From NCBI GenBank assembly GCA_043820655.1, contig JBDRDO010000092.1, positions 1 to 37,487 on the forward strand: DNA of 37,487 nt. Direction: 5' to 3'. The notes beneath the pieces are model-generated. The model was not told the DNA's origin. It saw only the letters and a program-made list of their open reading frames with translations, and made no database searches. Shown piece by piece: positions 8,256-17,334 of the stretch. Source of the DNA: Candidatus Iainarchaeum sp. GTDB taxonomy: Archaea > Iainarchaeota > Iainarchaeia > Iainarchaeales > JAZDEL01. Every line of letters begins with the position of its first letter. Position 1 is the stretch's first letter. The position numbers and the translations under genes were made by a program.

Positions 8256-8549
8256 CTAGTGCAGCCAGCCCATCACAAAATTCACATATTGTATGGGGTA
8301 TCCGTCGGCAATCAGCTTCGATGCATCCTCCCCCGAGCCGAGAAGTTCCTTTATTTTACCGACCTTTTCCCCGAAGTCAAGAACTTCCTCCTTCTTATAG
8401 CCAACGGAAATCAAATCATCAACAAGAAATTCCATCGAGTATCTCTCGCCGCGGTCGCCGATTGCCTTTACAGCCTCAGGCAGTGTGCATTTTCGCTTTC
8501 TGAGTGCCTCAAGCGCCTTTATGGGATAGCGTGGAAATTCCTCAGCCAT
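8256..8549 (-). CDS. hypothetical protein
   Basis: ATG at 8549 inside ORF 8256..8633 (MAEEFPRYPIKALEALRKRK...). Its composition is more protein-like than the overlapping + ORF 8223..8558. Confidence 0.45.
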   Translation of the reverse strand: MAEEFPRYPIKALEALRKRKCTLPEAVKAIGDRGERYSMEFLVDDLISVGYKKEEVLDFGEKVGKIKELLGSGEDASKLIADGYPIQYVNFVMGWLH

Positions 8550-8610
8550 TCTAAATGAATGTGTAAACACACATAAAAACCATTGCGCTTCTGCCGCCAT
8601 CTGCCTTAAT

Positions 8611-8895
8611 TCACAAATCCGGCTTAATCGCATGCAAAAAGTAGGAAATCCCGAGCAGTATCACAATAACCGTGAATATAAGGGGTGAGAGAGGCCCTGC
8701 AATGAAGGCAAGCACAGGGTGCAATCCAGAACCCATCAATGAAAAGAAAAAAACAGCAAATAGAATTACGGCAAGCGCAAGCACAGTTTTACTGCGCGAA
8801 AGTGAAACTTTCCTGAAATCGCCTAACAAAATCACACCACACAGCCCGCGCAAATTTCCCGCGCGTTCATATAAACTGCTCGTATTTAGTTGCAT
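8611..8895 (-). CDS. small hypothetical membrane protein
   Basis: 94 aa with two hydrophobic segments (TVLALAVILFAVFFFSLMG and LIFTVIVILLGISYFL). Confidence 0.4.
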   Translation of the reverse strand: MQLNTSSLYERAGNLRGLCGVILLGDFRKVSLSRSKTVLALAVILFAVFFFSLMGSGLHPVLAFIAGPLSPLIFTVIVILLGISYFLHAIKPDL

Positions 8896-9787
8896 TGAAC
8901 CTGTATAAAAACCTTCTTATCCTCAGCCCCTTAAAGCTGTACTTCTGCAAAACAGCCTTCCTTTCCCCCGAAAACTCGTCAAATCCGCGCCCCTGTGAAG
9001 GGTCTAAAATGTAAAACTTCCCCGCATGCTCGGTAATGACAAATGCATGTGTTTTCATATCATCAAGTTCGGCAATGACAACCTCTGCATTTTCATCCCC
9101 CAATGCAAACAGCAGGGTGCATAAAAATACCGCAAGGTCCTCATCATCCCCCATGCGATTGTTCACAATCTCCTTCGGGCTGAGCCAGAAGTTAAGCTCC
9201 ATGTCACTGTCAACATAATTCATTTCCCCCTGCACAAACCCAAACGTCTTCTTTGCAATCTCGCCATAATCGCGGGCAAAGACATAGCCCTGAGGCATAC
9301 GCCCCTGAATAATGCTTTGCACCGTCAAATCCTTTTCGTTTATGAGCGCCTTAAGCTCCCCCACAGTCTTCCTCTCGTATTCATTTATGAGGCCGGCATA
9401 GCGCGAAAGCAGCATTCTGTAAAGCTTAAATTGCATCTCCCTTGAGGCATCCTGTTCCCCCTCATTTCCCGTGCTTATTGTTGCGCACCCCTTAAGGGAG
9501 TTGCACTCCTTAACTGCACTAAGTAGTTTTGCCTTTGTTATTGCAAGCTCCTTTTTCATCCGCTGGTTATCATTTTCAAGTTCCGTGTAATTCGGCCCCT
9601 GTAATGATGCAAGCTGGTTTTTCAATTCGGAAATCTGCTCCCCCAATTGTTCCCTGCGCACGGAATCCTGCTCCGCACTAAGCTCCTGCTCAAGCTCCTG
9701 AATATTGCGCCAGATTGTCTGCTCCGCGGAAGTCTTGCTCAGCCGTTCCTCGTGGAGCCCGGAGCCCGAACCAGTAGGCAATGCCAT
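8867..9787 (-). CDS. coiled-coil protein with a C-terminal transglutaminase-like (papain-fold) domain, possibly inactive
   Basis: ATG at 9787. The N-terminus has heptad-like stretches (IQELEQELSAEQDSVRREQLGEQISELKNQLASL). The C-terminus reads GDDEDLAVFLCTLLFALG...HAFVITEHAGKFYILDP, which resembles the G-x-C-x-D...H...D transglutaminase core but has Asp where Cys is expected. Confidence 0.55.
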   Translation of the reverse strand: MALPTGSGSGLHEERLSKTSAEQTIWRNIQELEQELSAEQDSVRREQLGEQISELKNQLASLQGPNYTELENDNQRMKKELAITKAKLLSAVKECNSLKGCATISTGNEGEQDASREMQFKLYRMLLSRYAGLINEYERKTVGELKALINEKDLTVQSIIQGRMPQGYVFARDYGEIAKKTFGFVQGEMNYVDSDMELNFWLSPKEIVNNRMGDDEDLAVFLCTLLFALGDENAEVVIAELDDMKTHAFVITEHAGKFYILDPSQGRGFDEFSGERKAVLQKYSFKGLRIRRFLYRFNATKYEQFI

Positions 9788-9915
9788 ATTTATATTTATT
9801 GGCGCGGCAATCCTCAAAAAGGGTTATGTTTGCGGATATCTGCATTGTTCTGAATTTTTTTTATTTTTTTTGCGCGATTTTTAATTTTTTGTTTTCACGT
9901 GCGCAGGGGGGTGCG

Positions 9916-9925
9916 TTTTTATATT
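9916..9925 (+). promoter_or_regulatory. TATA-box-like element TTTTTATATT upstream of the pilin-like gene array
   Basis: It lies 31-40 nt upstream of the ATG at 9956 in an AT-rich divergent spacer. A second TATATATAA lies at 9934..9942. Confidence 0.4.
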
Positions 9926-9955
9926 ACAACTGCTATATATAACACAGTGAGTACC

Positions 9956-10435
9956 ATGCGCGCCGCAGTCCCAAAATGTAAAAACAGCAAAGGCCAGATG
10001 TCCCTTGAATACATGGTAATGAGCGCATTCCTTTTGCTTATAGTCGGCCTGCTCTTCACTTACGCTTACATAAATTATGACCACGCAATGAAGCTTGACA
10101 TGGCAAATTATGCTGTTGATTCCATTGCCGAGGCCGCAGACCAGGCATACGCACTCGGCACAGGCACTGTGCTTTTTGTTGATATAATCCTCCCCAATGG
10201 AATTGAGGGGAGCAGCGTTTTCGGCAAGGAATTCCAAGGGGGAAACGAGGTGCAGTACACCCTCAACATAATGGGCGTGCAGAACACGATTTTTGCCAAG
10301 ACAATCGCCGAACTTGATTCAGAAAACTCGGTGCTTCCTTACACAGGCATAAGCCACAAGATGAGGATAAGCATGGGGGACTGCGTGGACGGCAAGGTCA
10401 CAATTCTGGAAGTGGGGGAGGAATGCCCGCCTTAA
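9956..10435 (+). CDS. pilin-like protein with class III signal peptide (minor pilin 1)
   Basis: ATG at 9956: MRAAVPKCKNSKG|QMSLEYMVMSAFLLLIVGLLF. This gives basic residue, Gly, Gln and Glu at +5, followed by a hydrophobic helix. Confidence 0.75.
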   Translation: MRAAVPKCKNSKGQMSLEYMVMSAFLLLIVGLLFTYAYINYDHAMKLDMANYAVDSIAEAADQAYALGTGTVLFVDIILPNGIEGSSVFGKEFQGGNEVQYTLNIMGVQNTIFAKTIAELDSENSVLPYTGISHKMRISMGDCVDGKVTILEVGEECPP

Positions 10436-10444
10436 TAATTGCAT

Positions 10445-10876
10445 ATGGTGATATGGTGGAAAAAGGCAGAGTTACAATCTTGGAAGCCGGGGGTGAGTGA
10501 ATTGCGTGCGCAGGCATCTGTTGAAATAGTGATGGCAGTTGCCCTGATTATAATGCTTTTCCTAATGGTGCTGTGGTTTGTGAATGCAAGGGAAGGGGAT
10601 GTGCAGTTTGTTGAACAGCAGTATGACAACCAGCGCGCCTGCGGCAAGCTTTCATCAATAATCTCCTCTGCCTATGCGGCACGCTCCGGCACAGTGCTGA
10701 CAGCAACAATAGACCGCGATGCCAAAATAATTGGCAACAACATTCACATAGGCAAGGAGAGCAATTACTCCTGCACGTTTGTTGGCAGTGCGCAGGAAAA
10801 TCTTGAACTAAAGGCCGGCGGAATAAAGGCACGCAATGTCGGCGGTACGGTTATTGTGGAGAATCTGGGGGAGTGA
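10445..10876 (+). CDS. pilin-like protein with class III signal peptide (minor pilin 2)
   Basis: ...SELRA|QASVEIVMAVALIIMLFLMVLWF. The start is ambiguous (TTG 10439 or ATG 10445). Confidence 0.65.
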   Translation: MVIWWKKAELQSWKPGVSELRAQASVEIVMAVALIIMLFLMVLWFVNAREGDVQFVEQQYDNQRACGKLSSIISSAYAARSGTVLTATIDRDAKIIGNNIHIGKESNYSCTFVGSAQENLELKAGGIKARNVGGTVIVENLGE

Positions 10877-10880
10877 TGGC

Positions 10881-11429
10881 TTGCTTTGCAAAAAAGGGCA
10901 GGTAACGGCGCTTGATTTCATGTTCGGGCTTTTTCTGTTCCTTTTCATCGCCGCTTGGCTGTTTTCAATATGGTCGAGCAATTTAGGAGTTGCAATAACC
11001 GAACAGGGCTTTGAGCAAATGCGCGGAAAGGCATTCCAGGCGATGGATGTGCTTGTCCGCACAGGCGGAACCCCCCCTGACTGGGAAGGCGGCGCAGAGG
11101 GCGGCTGGGGGGATGGAGAAATGGACGGCATTGTTTCACTGGGGCTTGCATCCAAGGACCGTGTTATGATGCCTGACAAGCTTTCCGCATTTATCCTTGC
11201 GGGAGACCCGTCACTTAACGATATGCGCGATTACAACAGGACAAAGGTGATATTCGGCATTATGCAGTACGATTACTTCTTTAAATTGAAAACCCTTGAC
11301 CCTGTGCAAACATTTGAAACAGGACTGGCGCCTGGCGCAGCCGCAACAGCCGTCGCAGTAGAGCGCACTGTAATGTATGAGGGGGGTGAGGCAATTGCAA
11401 CGTTCACGATCCACTATGAGTTTGACTAG
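10881..11429 (+). CDS. pilin-like protein with class III signal peptide (minor pilin 3)
   Basis: A TTG at 10881, preceded by GGGGGAG with a 7-nt spacer, gives (M)LCKKG|QVTALDFMFGLFLFLFIAAWLF. The ORF-track start (ATG 10836) would add 15 aa and overlap the previous gene by 41 nt. Confidence 0.65.
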   Translation: MLCKKGQVTALDFMFGLFLFLFIAAWLFSIWSSNLGVAITEQGFEQMRGKAFQAMDVLVRTGGTPPDWEGGAEGGWGDGEMDGIVSLGLASKDRVMMPDKLSAFILAGDPSLNDMRDYNRTKVIFGIMQYDYFFKLKTLDPVQTFETGLAPGAAATAVAVERTVMYEGGEAIATFTIHYEFD

Positions 11430-13683
11430 CTCGGGATTTGCGCTTTCCCTTGATGCCCTGCTCGCGCTTGCGCTTGTCATAGGGATTCTAACATTTGGCA
11501 GGCTGATGGTGTTTGACAGCCAGAGCACAGGCAATATAAGCCAGCTGCAGACCCTCCAGCGCGGGGATGATGTATTCACAACCCTCTACAACTCAGGTTT
11601 CCTTCTTGACAAGCTTGACAGCAGCGGCTTTTATGACTCTACAGCGGAGGAGATACGCCTGAAAATGCAGGAAATGCTCCCGAGCAATATGGATTTTAAG
11701 ATTGCAATACGCAGTTACGGCGTTGACTTTGAGCAGTGCAAAGTGGGCCAGACATTTGATGATTGTTTCCCCGATACAGACATAATAACCGCGGGGGGTG
11801 CTCCGTCAAATGATGCGGAAGTGCTGCACGGCAGGCGCATGTTTGTCAAGGAAGAGCCGCCAGGGGAGTGTGATACTGAAAATTATTCTTCAGGCATAAG
11901 TCCGTTGCGCCGCCCAGGCATATTATCCTTCGCCGGGGAGGGTGATGAAATGTCCCTGAGCGTTGATATTGATTATGACGGTTATGGCAATGACGAAGAC
12001 CTTGAATGTGATGAGGATGTCTCGGTAACCCTTGGCATTACCGCCAACGGCCCGGGTGAAAGGGACCCTGTTGATGTAATGATTGTAATGGACCGTTCGG
12101 GAAGCATGGGTGATTACACTATGTTCGACATGAATGTCCTCACTGGGCAGTTCGGCGGCAGCGGCACAAGCAACTGCTCGTGCTGGTCCAACTGGTTCTG
12201 CACATATGGCTTGTTCGGCTGCCAGTGGGAATATTACAACTGGGAGGAGCTCGGTACTTTTGTTATAGAGAGTGAGGACTCATTCACGGCATCCTTAAAG
12301 TACAGCGGAGCCAGTGGCAGCCCGCCCCCCGCGCTGAAGCTCATAAGCCCGTCCGATGTTGAATATGGCGGTACAGGCCCCGATGTTGAAATAGATTATC
12401 CTGCGGAAACAGGCATCTGGACTGCATGGGGGTGGAGTGATGAAGAAATAGACTACAATGTGAGCAAGTACTTCAAGAAGCTTGACGTAGCGAAGGACGG
12501 CTCGCAGTATTTCGTTGACCTTGCGGAATGGCAGAATCAGGACCAATTAGGCCTTGTCTCCTTCAACCAAAGTGCAACACTTGACGAGCCGCTTACAAAT
12601 GATTTTGACGCGGTTAAGGATGCGATAGAGGCAATGAATGAAGGCGGCAACACCGCAACAGGCGACGGAATTTATGAAGCAACGGGCGAACTCATTAACG
12701 GAACAAACGCAAACCCCGATGCAATGAAATTCCAGGTTCTGCTCGGGGACGGCAAGTCGAACACCGGCAGCTCATCATCCTCCGCCGCACAGAATGCCGC
12801 TGACAACGGCATAATAATATACACAATCGGCTTCGGCGAGGATGTGAAGGATGACGGGGGTGAGGCGGAACTTAAAATGATTGCCGAAACAACCGGCGGC
12901 GAATACTATTACGCCGAGGACGAGGACGCACTGAAAGCTTTTTATGAGCTAATTTCGCAGCAAATAGGCACAAGTGCCGCAGGCGGGAATCCGATGGACA
13001 ATGTTGTTGTCACATTGCCGGTCCCGACCGGAATGATAGTAATAGACGAGGGGCAGGACGGTTACTTCCTGGATGGCGTGGGCGATGATGATAATTTCCT
13101 AATATTCACGCTGGGCGACTTTGATTACTATGAGGAATGGGCAGACACATATGTGGCGGTTTTCCCCTGCTCAAACAACGAGAACTGCGAAATAGCGGAG
13201 AAAACATTCCCTTCAGAGGGCAGTACAATAGAATACACGGATAAGGATGATACCGACCAGTCCGCGCCCTGGGATGTGACAGTAACAGTTAACTTCCTCT
13301 ATCGCGACCTCACTGTTGAAATAATAAAAGGCACAATAATCGGCAAAAATGAGGTCTACCTTGATGTTAACGCACAGAACATAGGTTTTCTTGACACCGG
13401 CGGGACAACCATCGAGTTCTACCTTGACTATTCCGGGGGAGATGGCGAGTTCCTTGGGAGTGTTGATGTTGATGCCTTTTGCGGCGGTGCGGGCGAGAAC
13501 TGCGAGGACAACTTCCAGATTTTCTATGATGTATATTTAAATAAGGAAGGCCTTATTTCTGCAATAATAAATGAGGGCATGGAAATCGGGGATTGCCCTA
13601 ATAATAATGAAGATAAAATAAATTGCACCGACGGGGCGGAGACCCAGTACTTTACCTTTGACTATTGGATGTGGTTTAAATGA
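11416..13683 (+). CDS. large pilin-like protein with vWA domain (intact MIDAS)
   Basis: ATG at 11416: MSLTSSG|FALSLDALLALALVIGILTF. The vWA MIDAS residues are DRSGS (12091..12105), GGNTATGDG and LLGDGKSN. Confidence 0.8.
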   Translation: MSLTSSGFALSLDALLALALVIGILTFGRLMVFDSQSTGNISQLQTLQRGDDVFTTLYNSGFLLDKLDSSGFYDSTAEEIRLKMQEMLPSNMDFKIAIRSYGVDFEQCKVGQTFDDCFPDTDIITAGGAPSNDAEVLHGRRMFVKEEPPGECDTENYSSGISPLRRPGILSFAGEGDEMSLSVDIDYDGYGNDEDLECDEDVSVTLGITANGPGERDPVDVMIVMDRSGSMGDYTMFDMNVLTGQFGGSGTSNCSCWSNWFCTYGLFGCQWEYYNWEELGTFVIESEDSFTASLKYSGASGSPPPALKLISPSDVEYGGTGPDVEIDYPAETGIWTAWGWSDEEIDYNVSKYFKKLDVAKDGSQYFVDLAEWQNQDQLGLVSFNQSATLDEPLTNDFDAVKDAIEAMNEGGNTATGDGIYEATGELINGTNANPDAMKFQVLLGDGKSNTGSSSSSAAQNAADNGIIIYTIGFGEDVKDDGGEAELKMIAETTGGEYYYAEDEDALKAFYELISQQIGTSAAGGNPMDNVVVTLPVPTGMIVIDEGQDGYFLDGVGDDDNFLIFTLGDFDYYEEWADTYVAVFPCSNNENCEIAEKTFPSEGSTIEYTDKDDTDQSAPWDVTVTVNFLYRDLTVEIIKGTIIGKNEVYLDVNAQNIGFLDTGGTTIEFYLDYSGGDGEFLGSVDVDAFCGGAGENCEDNFQIFYDVYLNKEGLISAIINEGMEIGDCPNNNEDKINCTDGAETQYFTFDYWMWFK

Positions 13684-16073
13684 ATTCGGCAAACAGGGCT
13701 GGAAAGGGCGCACATACACAGCGCGGCTTCACAATCTCGCTTGACGCCGTGTTTGCCCTCCTTATTGTTATTACATTCATAGGCTTCGGCAGGGTTGTGC
13801 TCTTTGAAACGCAGGGCACCGATACCCTTGCAAAACTGCAGGCAATCCAGCGCGCGGACGACGTATTCACAACAATGATAAACACCGGGAGCATTTGGGA
13901 ATCGCTGGATGAACCGGGCCTTACTACCGGCTCTATAGAGGATATATATGATAAGATGGATGCACAGCTCCCTGAAAATATTGACTTTATGATTACGATG
14001 CGCCTCTATGATTCAACAATCGATGCTGAATGCAGGTCTCAAAAGACATTTGAGAAATGTTTCTCCCCCTCTACATTGAACAAAAGCTGGCCTGAGATTA
14101 GTAAAAAGCCCACGCATGGAGACATATTGCACGGCAGGCGCGTGTTTGTAAAGAAGCAGCCGGAGCCGGATTGTACATATTGCGGCAATGGGGTGTGTGA
14201 TGATGACGAGGGCGAGAACTGCTCCACCTGCTCAGGAGACTGCCTTCCTACTGGTCTTGAGTGCTGTCTCGGCATTGTTTGCGCATTTGGTGAGACATGC
14301 GTTGATGATGTTTGCACGCCGCCGGGCGGCTTTGCCCCAGCAACATTCCCCTTTTTGGGCAGCAGTAAAATCGCGCACCTTGAGGGCGAGGGCATGAACC
14401 TTTTGCTCAGAACGGAACTTGCCCCGGAATACTCCCCCGCGGATGAGCTTGACTGCGATGAAACAGAGAACGTGCACCTTGAAATCGAGGCAAGCGCGGG
14501 AGAAGGGAGGGCGCCTGCGGACATAATGATGCTCCTCGACCGCGGCGAATTCATGGGCAGGTTTTTAGTGAAGGACTCTTTAATAAACATATCCCATTAC
14601 TGTCGTGACACGTGGGAGGTTGCAGGCACATTCTACAATGCGGATTTCCGTTCTTTCCAGATAGTTCCGGACGACCCCGCAATAGCGTTCCGCCTGACCG
14701 ACCCGAGTTCCGAAACGCACCTAGTTAATGAGGGCACTTTTATGAAGCCGACAGATATCGGCATCTGGACCGTGGAGTGCAGGAAAACAGGGGGCGGCAA
14801 GACAGTCAACTTTTCAAAATATTACCGGAACATAGAGGCGGAGCAGCACAGTGCAGTGGATTTTTTGAGCACAGCCAGCCTCAAGGAGCCGGACCAGGCG
14901 GGGCTTGTCACCTTCGGCACTGACGTAACCCTTGACGCCCAGCTCACGACGGATGAGGATGCGGTAATAACCGAAATCTGGGCAATTCCTATGCCCCCCG
15001 GCGGGGGGACGAACATTGCCGGCGCCATGAACATGGCTGTTGACGAGTTCAACACGCGCGGCGGCGAGGGGTATGTGCGGGTTGCAATACTTATGAGTGA
15101 TGCGGCGGCGGAGAAGGGGGATGTGGACGGGGCAATCGCAAACGCCGTGGCAAACAATGTTGTCTTTTACACGATTGCCGTGGGGGAGGGGTCTGATGAG
15201 GGCGCTTTGCAGGAAATCGCGCTCGGCACGAGCGGGGAGTTCTGGAAGATAACCGACACCGACACGCTCGATACTGTTTACGCCCTCATTGACATAGAGA
15301 TTGTGGAGCTCACAATCAACGGGAACAGGGTAGACAATCCGATTCTCTATATACCGATTCCCGCGGGGCAGACAGTTCTTACGCACCCGGATGCGGAAAT
15401 AGTCGAAGAACCTGGCTGCACGCACTGCCTCAAATACTCTAGCCTTGAGAGTCTCACGGTCGGGGAAATATGGGAGGCCGATTACTCAGTTGAATTCCCC
15501 TGCTCCGACCAGCACAGCTGCGAGAAGGCTGTGCAGGGCTTTCCCGAGGAAGGCACATTTATAGAATATATTGACATAGAGGAAAATCCCGGCAGGCTTG
15601 ACTGGCCGACGGAAGGGCCGCCCGAATACCGGGTTGTTGATTTCGACTCAAGGGACCTTAAGATTGAGTTCCTCGGCGGAAAGGTTATTGCGCCAAACCA
15701 GATTTATATGAATTTAGTGGTGGAGAACATAGACGACCTTGACACTGTGCCGACAGATGTGGTGTTTTCAAGGGGCGACACAATAGAGGGCGGCGGCGAG
15801 GAGGTGGGAAGCGCCCCGCTTGTTGCAGTGCCCGGCCTCTGCGGCCCGTTGAACCCGCCATGCAGTGACGGTCCGCAGTACTATTATGATGTTTACCTCC
15901 CCGCGGATGGCCGGATTTGGGCGCAGTTCGCGCTGGAGGATGGGGAATTGGTGAATGAGGAATGCCCGAAATACAGCCTTGCCATGCTGGATTGCTCTGT
16001 CGGACCGAGGGTGCAGTATTACACCCTGGAGTGGTGGCTGTGGCCTGCTTCGGAAACAACGGGGGGTAGTTAA
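13680..16073 (+). CDS. large pilin-like protein with vWA-like domain (degenerate MIDAS) and a Cys-rich insert
   Basis: MNSANRAGKGAHTQRG|FTISLDAVFALLIVITFIGF. It is a paralog of the previous gene (QAIQRADDVFTT vs QTLQRGDDVFTT; LHGRRVFVKK vs LHGRRMFVKE). DRGEF (14538..14552) replaces DxSxS. The start overlaps the upstream stop (ATGA). Confidence 0.8.
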   Translation: MNSANRAGKGAHTQRGFTISLDAVFALLIVITFIGFGRVVLFETQGTDTLAKLQAIQRADDVFTTMINTGSIWESLDEPGLTTGSIEDIYDKMDAQLPENIDFMITMRLYDSTIDAECRSQKTFEKCFSPSTLNKSWPEISKKPTHGDILHGRRVFVKKQPEPDCTYCGNGVCDDDEGENCSTCSGDCLPTGLECCLGIVCAFGETCVDDVCTPPGGFAPATFPFLGSSKIAHLEGEGMNLLLRTELAPEYSPADELDCDETENVHLEIEASAGEGRAPADIMMLLDRGEFMGRFLVKDSLINISHYCRDTWEVAGTFYNADFRSFQIVPDDPAIAFRLTDPSSETHLVNEGTFMKPTDIGIWTVECRKTGGGKTVNFSKYYRNIEAEQHSAVDFLSTASLKEPDQAGLVTFGTDVTLDAQLTTDEDAVITEIWAIPMPPGGGTNIAGAMNMAVDEFNTRGGEGYVRVAILMSDAAAEKGDVDGAIANAVANNVVFYTIAVGEGSDEGALQEIALGTSGEFWKITDTDTLDTVYALIDIEIVELTINGNRVDNPILYIPIPAGQTVLTHPDAEIVEEPGCTHCLKYSSLESLTVGEIWEADYSVEFPCSDQHSCEKAVQGFPEEGTFIEYIDIEENPGRLDWPTEGPPEYRVVDFDSRDLKIEFLGGKVIAPNQIYMNLVVENIDDLDTVPTDVVFSRGDTIEGGGEEVGSAPLVAVPGLCGPLNPPCSDGPQYYYDVYLPADGRIWAQFALEDGELVNEECPKYSLAMLDCSVGPRVQYYTLEWWLWPASETTGGS

Positions 16074-16074
16074 A

Positions 16075-17190
16075 TTGAACCATAATGGTGTGCTTTTTGC
16101 GTTCATGGCATTTCTGCTTGTGATGGTTGTGCTGAGCCTTGGCACAACAATAAGGGAGCAGAGAATGGAGCTTGAGGACAGCATAACATCAACCTCCGCG
16201 ATTGTGGGGGTTAGCGGCAAGTTCAACAACATAATTAATGATGTTGTTGCGTTTGACAAGAACAACTTTGTGAAGGATATACAGAAGCGCATCCTGCCGT
16301 TCAACTACTCCATTGACTATGACTTGATAAGGGTGCATCAGGAACTGCCTGTGAAAAGCGCGTATATAAGTAATTACTTTGATGTGATTAATATATACTC
16401 TATTTTCGTGGAGGATGAAAATCCCGAAACAACATATGACCTGATGGTTGTCGACACAAACACGCTCATTAACACAGACTGGCCGCCTCAGGGAAAACCG
16501 CCCCCGTCACAGCCCGATAATCCTCAGTTCATGATCTGGCCGCAGTGCCTGAAGCTTGTTATTGAGGCTGATGAAATAGGCGGCGTAATCCAGGATTCCA
16601 CATACTGGCGTTTCGAGCCGGGTCTTCCCCCCGACCCTAATAAACCCACTGAGGGCTGTGCATCCGCCTTTGACTCAGGCAGTGTTGACAGGTATGATGT
16701 CAACATGTCGTTAATGCAATATAAGGAGTACTACAACACTATTGAGTGTGAGTTCTTCGGCTGTCAGGCACCATGCGCCTGCCCCACTGCCGCATACGGC
16801 TACGGCACAGGCCTGCCCTACTTCAAGCTGACGATTGATGATTCGCGGTGCCAGCCAAATTGCAAGCTTGGCGGGCAGGCAACATTAGTAAGCAGCCACT
16901 ACGATCCGACAAAAGAAAACAGTGTGACAATATCCTGCGAAGCAGACCTCCTGACTCCGAATTGCTATGCAACCACGCCGATTACAATTGTGTTTGGCAA
17001 CGACACTGCCTATAATCCAAACAAGAACGATGTGTTCAGGATCGGCAACTCGGGCGGCACGGTTGACGTGGATATGAACGTGACCTTTGCCAGCCCCGTG
17101 GACCAGTTGCGCTCCATGGATTTCAATGTAAGGGTACACCGTGCGGACTTCAATATAACAATAAAGAATGTTGACGACCCGCCCGCTTAA
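16075..17190 (+). CDS. hypothetical pilus-associated protein with an N-terminal hydrophobic, pilin-like segment
   Basis: An in-frame TTG at 16075, 2 nt after the upstream stop, gives (M)NHNG|VLFAFMAFLLVMVVLSLG. The ORF-track start at 15955 lies inside the previous gene. The mature part is Cys-rich (ECEFFGCQAPCACP, CQPNC). Confidence 0.6.
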   Translation: MNHNGVLFAFMAFLLVMVVLSLGTTIREQRMELEDSITSTSAIVGVSGKFNNIINDVVAFDKNNFVKDIQKRILPFNYSIDYDLIRVHQELPVKSAYISNYFDVINIYSIFVEDENPETTYDLMVVDTNTLINTDWPPQGKPPPSQPDNPQFMIWPQCLKLVIEADEIGGVIQDSTYWRFEPGLPPDPNKPTEGCASAFDSGSVDRYDVNMSLMQYKEYYNTIECEFFGCQAPCACPTAAYGYGTGLPYFKLTIDDSRCQPNCKLGGQATLVSSHYDPTKENSVTISCEADLLTPNCYATTPITIVFGNDTAYNPNKNDVFRIGNSGGTVDVDMNVTFASPVDQLRSMDFNVRVHRADFNITIKNVDDPPA

Positions 17191-17334
17191 GGGGGCTGGT
17201 GCGGGGCAGGGTTGCCGCGCACAAACAGTGCGCCGCAAAACAGGCGGTCATTATACATTATTATTCCTATTAATGAACAATAATAAGTTATAAAAAGCAG
17301 AACATGTATATTGTATTGAAAATTTGCTTTTTAT

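Noticed and set aside
9855-9895. Long T-tracts (TTTTTTTTATTTTTTTT...TTTTTAATTTTTTGTTTT) as a terminator
   Set aside because: No + strand gene ends upstream of them. They sit in a divergent promoter spacer, so they are more likely AT-rich promoter or bendable DNA than a terminator.
14039-15425. Minus-strand ORFs 14039..14590 and 14814..15425 (183 and 203 aa)
   Set aside because: They are antisense to the vWA pilin-like gene 13680..16073, which has paralog support from 11416..13683.
15955-16074. N-terminal extensions offered by the ORF track (for example 15955, 19493, 30738, 1847, 24933, 37006 and 8633 starts)
   Set aside because: These extensions lie inside or opposite neighbouring genes. 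Internal ATG or TTG starts give canonical N-termini (signal peptides, P-loop proteins) and the typical 1-14 nt operon overlaps.
17217-17233. Hairpin GCGCAC-AAACA-GTGCGC after the last pilin-like gene
   Set aside because: It could be a transcript 3' structure, but no oligo-T run follows and archaeal termination does not require hairpins. The evidence is too weak to annotate.
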